Shown here one piece after another: positions 9,137 through 16,007 of a stretch of DNA of 37,264 bases; the first letter of the stretch is position 1; the number at the start of each line of letters is the position of its first letter. This DNA comes from Gemmatimonadales bacterium. Lineage in GTDB: Bacteria > Gemmatimonadota > Gemmatimonadetes > Gemmatimonadales > GWC2-71-9. The position numbers and the translations under genes were made by a program. The stretch spans positions 1 to 37,264 of the forward strand of contig DATGVC010000225.1 of the NCBI GenBank assembly GCA_035300745.1, given 5' to 3'. A model generated the notes under the pieces. It made no database searches, was not told the DNA's origin, and saw only the letters and a program-made list of their open reading frames with translations.

Positions 9137-10431
9137 TCGTAGCGCCCGGCGGCGCGGTACGAATCGTCCAGCAGCTCAACCGGATGGCGCACGCGCGCGG
9201 GGAGGCCGGCGGCCGCCAGTCCCGCGCCAATCTGCATAAGGCACCCCGGATTTCCGGTCGCGACGACCTGGGGCGCCGCCTCGCGCAAGCGCTCGAGCTT
9301 TGCTCCGAGGACGGCGCGCGACATTTCGGGCTCGAGCAGCGTGAAGAGCCCGGCGCTGCCGCAGCATTCGGCGGCGCCGGGAACCGGCACGAGCTCGAGG
9401 AGCGGAATGGCGGCAAACAGCTTGAGCGGCTGGACTGCGACGCCCTGCGCGTGCAGCAAGTGGCAGGGCGGATCGTAGACGACGTGCAGATCGAGCGGCG
9501 CGCCGGCCACCGGTCCCTTCGTGCCGTCGCCGGCAAGCAGCTCGGTGACGTCGCACACGCGCGCGGCAAACCTCACCCCCCGACCCCCTCTCCGTTCCGG
9601 AGAAGGGGAGCCATCGTCCGGATCCTCTCCCAACAGCCGCCCGTATTCCTTCATCAGGGCCCCGCAGCCGGCGCTGTTGACGACAATCGGTTCTTCGCCA
9701 TCGCCGAACGCCTCGACGTTGACGCGAGCCAATGCACGCGCTTCGTCGACTAGCCCGGCGTGTGCATGCAGCGCGCCGCAACATCCTTGTCGACGGACTT
9801 CACGGGTCTCGTAGCCGTTGACGCTCAAGGTGCGCCTGGTTGCCTCATGGACGTGTGGGAACAGGCCCTCCATTACGCACCCTCGGAACAACAGGGCGGT
9901 AGCGGGCGGTATCGGGCGGGAATGGGCGGTAAGGCCACGTAACGTACCGCCCGTTCCCGCCCGTTCCCGCCCGCTACCGCCCTTCGTCGCCGCCAGCATC
10001 CCCATCGCAAACCGGACCCGCCCCCACCCGGCGACCAGTCGGGGGAATCCCGTGGCGCGCAGCACGCGGGCGAACCAATACACTACGGGGCTGATCCCAG
10101 GGGTTGTCAGCGCCCACAGAGCCAGTCGCGCCAGCGGCGGCACACCGCGCGCCGCCGTGATGCGCGACCGCGCCGCTTCGAGTCCATGGCCGTACTGCAC
10201 GCCCGATGGGCAGACAGGCTCGCAGCCGCGGCACCCGAGGCAACGGTCGAGATGATAGAAGAGGGCAGGGTCGGTCGCGGCGATGTCGCCGCGTTCGAGC
10301 CCCCGCATCAACTCGATGCGGCCGCGTGGTGAGTCGGCCTCGTCGCCGGTAGCCAGGAACGTTGGACAAGCTTGAAGGCAAAACCCGCAATGCACGCACG
10401 CGTCCAGCCCCTCGAAGCCCCCTCGAGTCAT
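9133..10431 (-). CDS. glcF: Glycolate oxidase iron-sulfur subunit (GlcF-type Fe-S/CCG-domain protein)
   Basis: Two ferredoxin-type clusters, CVHCGFCLQACP and CLGCRGCEPVCP, plus two CCG motifs (GCCGALHA, ECCGSAG). The internal ATG at 10431 (MTRGGFEGLDACVHCG) forms an ATGA overlap with the glcE stop. The track start at 10554 adds an Arg-rich extension. Confidence 0.85.
   Translation of the reverse strand: MTRGGFEGLDACVHCGFCLQACPTFLATGDEADSPRGRIELMRGLERGDIAATDPALFYHLDRCLGCRGCEPVCPSGVQYGHGLEAARSRITAARGVPPLARLALWALTTPGISPVVYWFARVLRATGFPRLVAGWGRVRFAMGMLAATKGGSGRERAGTGGTLRGLTAHSRPIPPATALLFRGCVMEGLFPHVHEATRRTLSVNGYETREVRRQGCCGALHAHAGLVDEARALARVNVEAFGDGEEPIVVNSAGCGALMKEYGRLLGEDPDDGSPSPERRGGRGVRFAARVCDVTELLAGDGTKGPVAGAPLDLHVVYDPPCHLLHAQGVAVQPLKLFAAIPLLELVPVPGAAECCGSAGLFTLLEPEMSRAVLGAKLERLREAAPQVVATGNPGCLMQIGAGLAAAGLPARVRHPVELLDDSYRAAGRYE
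9571..9612. repeat. GC-rich imperfect hairpin element embedded in frame in glcF
   Basis: The sequence is cctcaccccccgaccccctctccg-ttc-cggagaaggggagcc. The 11-nt arms (one mismatch) are 9584-9594 and 9598-9608. On the coding strand it translates as GSPSPERRGGRGVRF. Confidence 0.6.
9894..9982. repeat. 89-nt palindrome built from 4+4 copies of a 10-nt GGGCGG-N4 unit, embedded in frame in glcF
   Basis: The left arm (9894-9931) is gggcggtagc gggcggtatc gggcgggaat gggcggta. The loop is 9932-9944. The right arm (9945-9982) is taccgcccgt tcccgcccgt tcccgcccgc taccgccc. The arms are complementary except for about 3 positions. Confidence 0.8.
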
Positions 10432-11645
10432 GAGCCTTCTGTGGCGACGACGAGAGCACCTCCGGGATCGAACGTGCGGCGCAGGCCGGCGACGAGCGGG
10501 CCTACGCCCTCCCGGTACGCCCCGAAGTGACCGACGGCGCCACGCAGGGGCCATGGCGCGCGCTCCAGTGTGAGCGGCACTTCGAGCCCGGCGAGCGTGC
10601 GGCGCAAGCGCTGCAAGCGATCGATGCTGGCGTCACCGGTCCAGCGGATCGCACCCGCGGCCGGGGACGCCGAGATCCACTCGTCGCCGAGCTGGTGCTG
10701 CAGCAGATCGAGGAGCTCGTCACTCGCCGTCGGCACGCCGCCGATGCGGAACGTCACGGGCCGGACCGCGAATCCCTCCGCCAGTCGCATCCAGAAGGCG
10801 TGGGCTTCTTCCGCGCGCAGCGGTGCGAAGCGGCCCCCGGCCCCCCCGCCGCTGGCGGCGCCCAGGCCGGCTTCGTCGGCCGCAACCAGGGCGGGCGAGC
10901 CGGCGAGCCGCACCGCCAGCACCCAGCGCTCGCGTCGAGCGAGCGCCGGCGAGACGAGCTCCAGCGCCGCGGGCGTCAGCCCGGCGGCGGCGATGTCTTC
11001 GCCGACCTGGGTCAGATCCTCGCGCGCGCCCTCGAGCAGGTAGGTGACGTCTGCGCGCGGCAACGTGCGCAGCCGCAGATGCACCAGCACAATCACGCCG
11101 AACGCGCCAAAGCCCCCGGCCTGCAGGCGGGTGAGGTCGTAGCCCGCGACGTTTTTCATGACGCGCCCGCCGCTCTGCACCATGCGGCCGTCCCCGGTCA
11201 CGAACGTGACGCCAAGGAGATGATCCTTGATGGGCCCGAAGCCGTACCGCAGCGGCCCTGCCGTCGCGGTCGAGACGACGGAGCCGAGCGTCCGCCCGGC
11301 GAGACCCGGCGGATCGATCGCGAGCCACGCGCCGCGATCCGCGAGCTGCTGGCGCAGTTGATCGAGTCCAATGCCCGCCTCGGCGGTCGCCGTGAGGTCG
11401 GGCGGCTCGATGGCGGGAATGCGGTCGAGGCGGCGCGTGGTGAGTGCGAGGTCGGCGGGGGCGTCGCTCTGGAGCCAGGTGCCGGCGCCCTCGATCCGTA
11501 CGCGCCACCCCTCCTGGTGCGCGGTGCCGAGCAGCAGCGCCACGGCGTCCGGCGAACCGGGGGCGATACGCGGGACGCGGTCGGTGCCGGCCTCGAGGAT
11601 CGCGCCCTCACCAAGCAGCGCACTGACTTTCTCGACGATGGTCAT
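10428..11645 (-). CDS. glcE: Glycolate oxidase FAD-binding subunit (GlcE-type)
   Basis: It lies between glcD and glcF. It has a PCMH-type FAD-binding fold pattern (GGGTW-like AGTWL, then MKNVAGYDLTRL). The internal ATG at 11645 (MTIVEKVSALLGEG) forms an ATGA overlap with the glcD stop. Confidence 0.8.
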   Translation of the reverse strand: MTIVEKVSALLGEGAILEAGTDRVPRIAPGSPDAVALLLGTAHQEGWRVRIEGAGTWLQSDAPADLALTTRRLDRIPAIEPPDLTATAEAGIGLDQLRQQLADRGAWLAIDPPGLAGRTLGSVVSTATAGPLRYGFGPIKDHLLGVTFVTGDGRMVQSGGRVMKNVAGYDLTRLQAGGFGAFGVIVLVHLRLRTLPRADVTYLLEGAREDLTQVGEDIAAAGLTPAALELVSPALARRERWVLAVRLAGSPALVAADEAGLGAASGGGAGGRFAPLRAEEAHAFWMRLAEGFAVRPVTFRIGGVPTASDELLDLLQHQLGDEWISASPAAGAIRWTGDASIDRLQRLRRTLAGLEVPLTLERAPWPLRGAVGHFGAYREGVGPLVAGLRRTFDPGGALVVATEGS

Positions 11646-13075
11646 GACGCCCTTGCCAGTGCCGGCTTCGCCGCGGTCCACTCCCGGCAGGCGTGCACCG
11701 GAACGACCTTCCCTGGATTCATGCGCTCATCGGGATCAAAGACTTTCCGCACGGCATGCATCGCACCGAGGGATTCAGCGTCGAAGATCAGCGGCATGTA
11801 CCGCAGCTTGTCGAGTCCGACACCGTGCTCGCCGGTGATCGTACCGCCCGCCGCGATGCACGTCTGCATGATCTCGGCGCTCGCCGCTTCGACGCGCTGC
11901 TTGAGGGCCGGATCGGTGGCGTCGAACGAAATGTTGGGATGAAGATTGCCGTCGCCGGCGTGGAAGACGTTGCTGACGACGAGCCCATAGTGCTTGGCGA
12001 TGGTAGCGATCGTTTCGAGGACGTGGGGAAGGGCGGAGCGGGGCACCACGGCATCCTGGACCACGAGGTCACGCGACAGGCGCCCCATTGCGCCGAATGC
12101 TTTCTTGCGGCCCTGCCACAGCCGCTCGCGCTCCACGTCATTCGCGGCGGTCCGTACCGACCGCGCGCCCGACGTGCGCAGCAGCTCCGCGACGGCCTCC
12201 GCCTCCGCGACGACGGCGTCCTCGTTGCGGCCGTCGAGCTCGGCCAACAGGATGGCCGCGGCGTCACGCGGATATCCGGCGGCGTACACCGAATCCTCCA
12301 CGGCGCAGATGCACGACTGATCCATCATCTCGAGCGCGGCGGGGACGATCCCGGCGGCGATGATCGCCGACACCGCCTCGCCCGCGGTTCGCAGCCCGTT
12401 GAAGTCGGCGAGCAGGGTCCTGACCGCGCGCGGCAGCGGCGTAAGCCGCACAGTGATCCTGGTGGCGATGCCGAAGTTGCCCTCCGAGCCGACAAACAAA
12501 CCGACGAGATCCGGTCCCCACGGCTCCCCACCCGGACTGCCGATTTCGACGAGCGAGCCGTCGGCGAGCAAAATCTCGAGCGCCAGGATGTGATTCGCCG
12601 TGACGCCGTACTTCAAGCAGTGCGGCCCGCCCGCGTTTTCGGCCACGTTGCCGCCGATCGTGCACGCGCTCTGGCTCGAGGGATCGGGCGCATACTGCAG
12701 GCCCTGCGGCCGCGCGGCAGCGCCGAGCTTCGCGTTGACGACGCCGGGCTCGACGACCGCCAGCCCGTTGTCGCGATCGATGCGCAGAATGCGGTTCAAT
12801 CGCGTCAGTACGAGGAGGACGCTGCCTTCGTCCGCGAGCGCGCCGCCCGAGAGCCCGGTCCCCGCGCCGCGAGGGACCACCGGGATGCCGTGGGCGGCGA
12901 GGAGACGGACGACGGCGATCAGCTCTTCACGGGTGCCCGGAAGGACGACGAGATCGGGGATGCGACGGTAGGTGGGGAGACCGTCCATCGAGTAGGTCAT
13001 ACGTTCGGCACGAGCTTCTCGAACGTGACGGGGTCCGACAATCGCGGCGAGGTCGCTCGCCAGGTGAGGGGACAT
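11642..13075 (-). CDS. glcD: Glycolate oxidase subunit GlcD (FAD-linked oxidase)
   Basis: 477 aa. Motifs are VVPRGAGTGLSGGA, the C-terminal GGTITGEHGVGL and KVFDPDERMNPGK, all typical of GlcD/D-lactate dehydrogenase-type FAD oxidases. ATG at 13075. Confidence 0.9.
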   Translation of the reverse strand: MSPHLASDLAAIVGPRHVREARAERMTYSMDGLPTYRRIPDLVVLPGTREELIAVVRLLAAHGIPVVPRGAGTGLSGGALADEGSVLLVLTRLNRILRIDRDNGLAVVEPGVVNAKLGAAARPQGLQYAPDPSSQSACTIGGNVAENAGGPHCLKYGVTANHILALEILLADGSLVEIGSPGGEPWGPDLVGLFVGSEGNFGIATRITVRLTPLPRAVRTLLADFNGLRTAGEAVSAIIAAGIVPAALEMMDQSCICAVEDSVYAAGYPRDAAAILLAELDGRNEDAVVAEAEAVAELLRTSGARSVRTAANDVERERLWQGRKKAFGAMGRLSRDLVVQDAVVPRSALPHVLETIATIAKHYGLVVSNVFHAGDGNLHPNISFDATDPALKQRVEAASAEIMQTCIAAGGTITGEHGVGLDKLRYMPLIFDAESLGAMHAVRKVFDPDERMNPGKVVPVHACREWTAAKPALARAS

Positions 13076-13086
13076 GACTATATGAT

Positions 13087-13192
13087 AGACGCCGAGACGC
13101 CGAGACGCCTAGCGGGACCTAGGAACGAGGGGTCAGGAAAGCGCTTTTCCTGACCCCTCAAACCTGCAATCCGCTCGGCGTCTCGGCGTCTC
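13087..13192. repeat. Nested palindromic intergenic element (outer 18-bp arms of tandem gacgccga units, inner 14-bp hairpin)
   Basis: The outer arms agacgccgagacgccgag (13087-13104) and ctcggcgtctcggcgtct (13174-13191) are reverse complements. The inner hairpin is gaggggtcaggaaa-gcgct-tttcctgacccctc (13127-13159). A small cctag/ctagg inverted repeat lies at 13108-13123. Confidence 0.75.
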
Positions 13193-14085
13193 TAAGCAGC
13201 CCGCCAGAACCCCTTGAGAGCTTTCCCATCCGGTGATTCGCGGAGCTTCTCAAAAGCCCGTTCGCGAATTTGCCTGATTCTCTCACGCGTGACGCCCATC
13301 AGTGCTCCTATCTTCTCCAGCGTCATCGCTTCGCTGCCTTCTTCGAGTCCGTAGTAGAGATAGAGAATCTTGCGCTCGCGCGGCGTGAGATACTTCTGGA
13401 AGATCCGATCGATGAACTCGCGCATCAGCTTGCCGTCGGTGCGCTCCTCGATCTCGCCGCCCTCTTGCCCGGCGAACCGCTCGCCGAGCGTCGCCGCATC
13501 CTTGTCGGTGCGATCGACGGGCGCGTCCAGCGACAGCTCCGCCGCCGTCATGCGGCGCGCGGTGCGCACGTTCTCGACACTGTCCTCCAGCGCCTGCGCG
13601 ATTTCGTTGTCGGTGGGTTCCCGACCGAGCTCCTGCGATAGATACGTTTCGGTGCGGCTCATGCGGATCAATTGCGAGTTCTGGTTGAGCGGAATGCGGA
13701 CGCTGCGCGTCTGCTCCGCCAACGCTTTCAGCACCGCCTGCCGCACCCACCACACCGCGTATGAGATGAATTTGACGCCCTGGTCGGGATCGAACTTCTT
13801 CACCGCTTTGAGCAGTCCTTCATTGCCGATGGCGACGAGCTCGGAGAGATCGAGACCGTGGCCCTGATATTTTTTGACGTAGGAAATGACGAATCGGAGA
13901 TTGGCAGTGACCAGACGCTCGGCAGCTTTTTCGTCGCCACGCTGAACGCGACGGGCGAGGCGACGTTCTTCAGCGGGATCTTTGATGAGGGGGAGTTTCT
14001 GTATGTCTTGCAGGTATTGGTCGAATGCTCCGGAAGGGGTGGTGCGGAAAAACGCCTTCGCCTTGCCGCCATTCGACCTCGCCAT
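13192..14085 (-). CDS. RNA polymerase sigma factor, sigma-70 family (RpoD/SigA-like, short form lacking region 1.1)
   Basis: Region 2 reads ERLVTANLRFVISYVKKY...GNEGLLKAVKKFDP...FISYAVWWVRQAV. Region 3 is present. Region 4 reads MTLEKIGALMGVTRERIRQIRERAFEKLR. AAGGGGAG lies about 7 nt upstream of the ATG at 14085. Confidence 0.9.
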   Translation of the reverse strand: MARSNGGKAKAFFRTTPSGAFDQYLQDIQKLPLIKDPAEERRLARRVQRGDEKAAERLVTANLRFVISYVKKYQGHGLDLSELVAIGNEGLLKAVKKFDPDQGVKFISYAVWWVRQAVLKALAEQTRSVRIPLNQNSQLIRMSRTETYLSQELGREPTDNEIAQALEDSVENVRTARRMTAAELSLDAPVDRTDKDAATLGERFAGQEGGEIEERTDGKLMREFIDRIFQKYLTPRERKILYLYYGLEEGSEAMTLEKIGALMGVTRERIRQIRERAFEKLRESPDGKALKGFWRAA

Positions 14086-14163
14086 GCGCGACTCCCCTTG
14101 AAACGCGAGTTGGGTGTGGAAACGGCGGGCGAAGCCACCGCTAGGCCACCTAAACCACGCGCC

Positions 14164-14192
14164 AATATAGGTTTTCGTGCAAATACGTGCAA
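14164..14192 (-). promoter_or_regulatory. Candidate promoter of the sigma-factor gene
   Basis: On the minus strand: TTGCAC (14192-14187), a 17-nt spacer, then TATATT (14169-14164). The same stretch also reads TTTG-N20-TATATTGG, close to the Bacteroidetes-type TTTG/TAnnTTTG consensus. The predicted 5' UTR is about 70 nt. Confidence 0.4.
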
Positions 14193-14202
14193 ATCAACGC
14201 AG

Positions 14203-14282
14203 TTATCCACATCACAAATTATTTGGTTTGTAGGGATTCCCCCGTTTGTCCACTATCCACAGATCCTGTGGAAAGTGGATCA
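14203..14282. promoter_or_regulatory. Cluster of DnaA-box-like 9-mers (1 perfect, 4 degenerate)
   Basis: TTATCCACA is perfect at 14203-14211. The others are TTGTCCACT (14246-14254), CTATCCACA (14253-14261), rc CTTTCCACA (14267-14275) and rc TGATCCACT (14274-14282). The central boxes form the palindrome ccacagatcctgtgg, which contains GATC. An AT-rich run, acaaattatttggtttgta, lies at 14213-14231. Confidence 0.45.
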
Positions 14283-14361
14283 CGGGCGTCGTAAAGGCAT
14301 GCCCGCCAACTCAATCCGAAGGATGAGATCGCTGCTGTGGAGAGGTGGAAAGGAATGTGGG

Positions 14362-15468
14362 CTATGTGTTGACCAGAACCTGACGAATCGTCACCTCATC
14401 CACCGCGACGGTCCACCCGCGGCCGTCATCGCCATGCGCATGCCCGATCGCGCGCGGCAGCGCGAGACGGATCTCGCCCGCGCGCGCTTTCTTGTCGGCG
14501 CGCATCGCCGCGATCAGGTCGTCGATGTGGCTGGCGTCCGGCCGCTCGACCGGCAAATGCAGCCGTTCCAGAACCGACCGAATGCGCTGCGCCGTGCCCG
14601 TCGCCGCGATGCCGAGTGTTTCGGCGAGCCTGCTTTCGTAGACCATGCCGATCGCCACCGCTTCACCGTGCAGCACCTCGTACTTCGACGTTGCCTCAAT
14701 CGCGTGTCCCACGGTGTGGCCGAAGTTCAAGATCGCGCGCTTTCCTCTTTCGCGCTCATCCTGCGCGACGACCGCCGCCTTGATCTCCACCGAGCGCCGC
14801 ACGACACGCTCCAGCGCGGGAGCGTGTTTCGCGAAGATCGCCGCGTATTCACTCTCGAGGAACGCGAAGTACTCTGCGTCCGCGATCGCGCCGTGCTTCA
14901 CGGCTTCGGCGAGTCCCGCCGCGAGCTGGACGCTCGACAGCGAGCCGAGCAGCTCCGGGTCGGCGATGACCACGCGCGGTTGATGGAATGCCCCGAGCAG
15001 GTTCTTGCCGGCGGGAACATCGACGCCGGTCTTGCCGCCGATCGATGAATCGATCATTGCGAGCAGGGTCGTAGGGACCTGCACCAGCGGAACGCCGCGC
15101 AGGTAGGTCGCCGCGACGAAGCCGCCGACATCGTTCACCACCCCGCCGCCCAGCGCGATCACCGCGCAGTCGCGTCCCAGCCGGGCCGCGAGCATCCGAT
15201 CTGAAAGCGATGCCCATGTATCGCGCGTCTTGTTCCATTCTCCAGCGGGAAACGTGAGCGGCTCGACCTGACACCCCGCGTCCGACAGCTGCTCCGCGAC
15301 CTTTTCGCCGAACAGTTTGGCGACGTGAGAATCGGAGATCAGCGCGTACGCCGCCGCCGGACAGTACTGCGGCAGGATCTTGTCGAGCTGATGGACGAGA
15401 CCCGGGGCGATCAGGATGTCGTAGGAGGCATCCCGCTGTTCGACGAGCGGGACGCGAACCGTTACCAC
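14362..15468 (-). CDS. aroB: 3-dehydroquinate synthase
   Basis: 368 aa. GGGVVNDVGGFVAATYLRGVPLVQVPTTLLAMIDSSIGGKTGVD and the metal/His motifs (NFGHTVGHAIE, HGEAVAIGM) are classic AroB. The GTG start at 15468 overlaps the upstream gene by 7 nt. Confidence 0.92.
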   Translation of the reverse strand: MVTVRVPLVEQRDASYDILIAPGLVHQLDKILPQYCPAAAYALISDSHVAKLFGEKVAEQLSDAGCQVEPLTFPAGEWNKTRDTWASLSDRMLAARLGRDCAVIALGGGVVNDVGGFVAATYLRGVPLVQVPTTLLAMIDSSIGGKTGVDVPAGKNLLGAFHQPRVVIADPELLGSLSSVQLAAGLAEAVKHGAIADAEYFAFLESEYAAIFAKHAPALERVVRRSVEIKAAVVAQDERERGKRAILNFGHTVGHAIEATSKYEVLHGEAVAIGMVYESRLAETLGIAATGTAQRIRSVLERLHLPVERPDASHIDDLIAAMRADKKARAGEIRLALPRAIGHAHGDDGRGWTVAVDEVTIRQVLVNT

Positions 15469-15992
15469 GAGATATCGTCGTGGCCGGTTTGCATGTTCAC
15501 AGCGCGCGCGAGCACGAACAGCAAATCGGAAAGCCGGTTCAGGTAATGGATGATCACCGGGTTGATCTTGTGGTTGCGCGCCAGGCTCACCACCGAGCGC
15601 TCCGCGCGCCGGCAGACCGTGCGCGCGACGTGGAGCGCGGCGGCTTTCGGCGAGCCGCCCGGCAGGATGAAGTTCTTCAGCGGCTTCAGCTTTGGATCGT
15701 AGGAGTCAATGACGCTTTCCAGGGCGCTGACAGTCGATTCGTCGATCGAGATGCGGAGCTTCGCTGCCTTTGGCGTCGCCAGCTCCGCGCCGATCGTGAA
15801 GAGGTCGCGTTGAATGGTCTGGAGCACATTCGACTCGAAGGTCGGCAGATGAATCGCGACCGCCAAGCCGATCCACGCGTTCAGCTCGTCGACCTCACCG
15901 TACGCCTGCACCCGGGGGTCGTTCTTGGGGACTCGTCCGCCGCCGAACAGGCCCGTCTCCCCAGCGTCACCGGTCTTCGTATAGATCTTCAC
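15462..15992 (-). CDS. ATP:cob(I)alamin adenosyltransferase, PduO type
   Basis: MKIYTKTGDAGETGLFGGGRVPKNDPRVQAYGEVDELNAWIG is the conserved PduO/MMAB N-terminal signature. The start is GTG. Confidence 0.9.
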   Translation of the reverse strand: MKIYTKTGDAGETGLFGGGRVPKNDPRVQAYGEVDELNAWIGLAVAIHLPTFESNVLQTIQRDLFTIGAELATPKAAKLRISIDESTVSALESVIDSYDPKLKPLKNFILPGGSPKAAALHVARTVCRRAERSVVSLARNHKINPVIIHYLNRLSDLLFVLARAVNMQTGHDDISW

Positions 15993-16007
15993 GTTCGGAA
16001 CGTATGC

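Noticed and set aside
10527-13153. Long plus-strand ORFs (471 aa and 486 aa) across the glcE/glcD region
   Set aside because: They are antisense to genes with clear FAD-oxidase motifs. The sequences are dominated by R, A, G and D with no motifs, the usual stop-poor shadow frames of GC-rich coding DNA.
13127-13159. The 14-bp hairpin as a canonical intrinsic terminator of the sigma gene
   Set aside because: No U-tract follows it on the minus strand (or on the plus strand). It is reported only as part of the nested palindromic element.
14203-14282. Calling the DnaA-box cluster the chromosomal origin (oriC)
   Set aside because: It has one perfect box and four degenerate ones, the AT-rich segment is only about 19 nt, and no origin-associated genes are in the window. 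I kept it as a finding (a DnaA-regulated promoter, a titration site, or less likely an origin) but did not annotate it as oriC.
13858-15048. A 396-aa plus-strand ORF spanning the sigma gene 5' end, the intergenic region and aroB
   Set aside because: It crosses a non-coding region that holds promoter and DnaA-box elements, and it is antisense to two well-supported genes. It has no recognisable domain.
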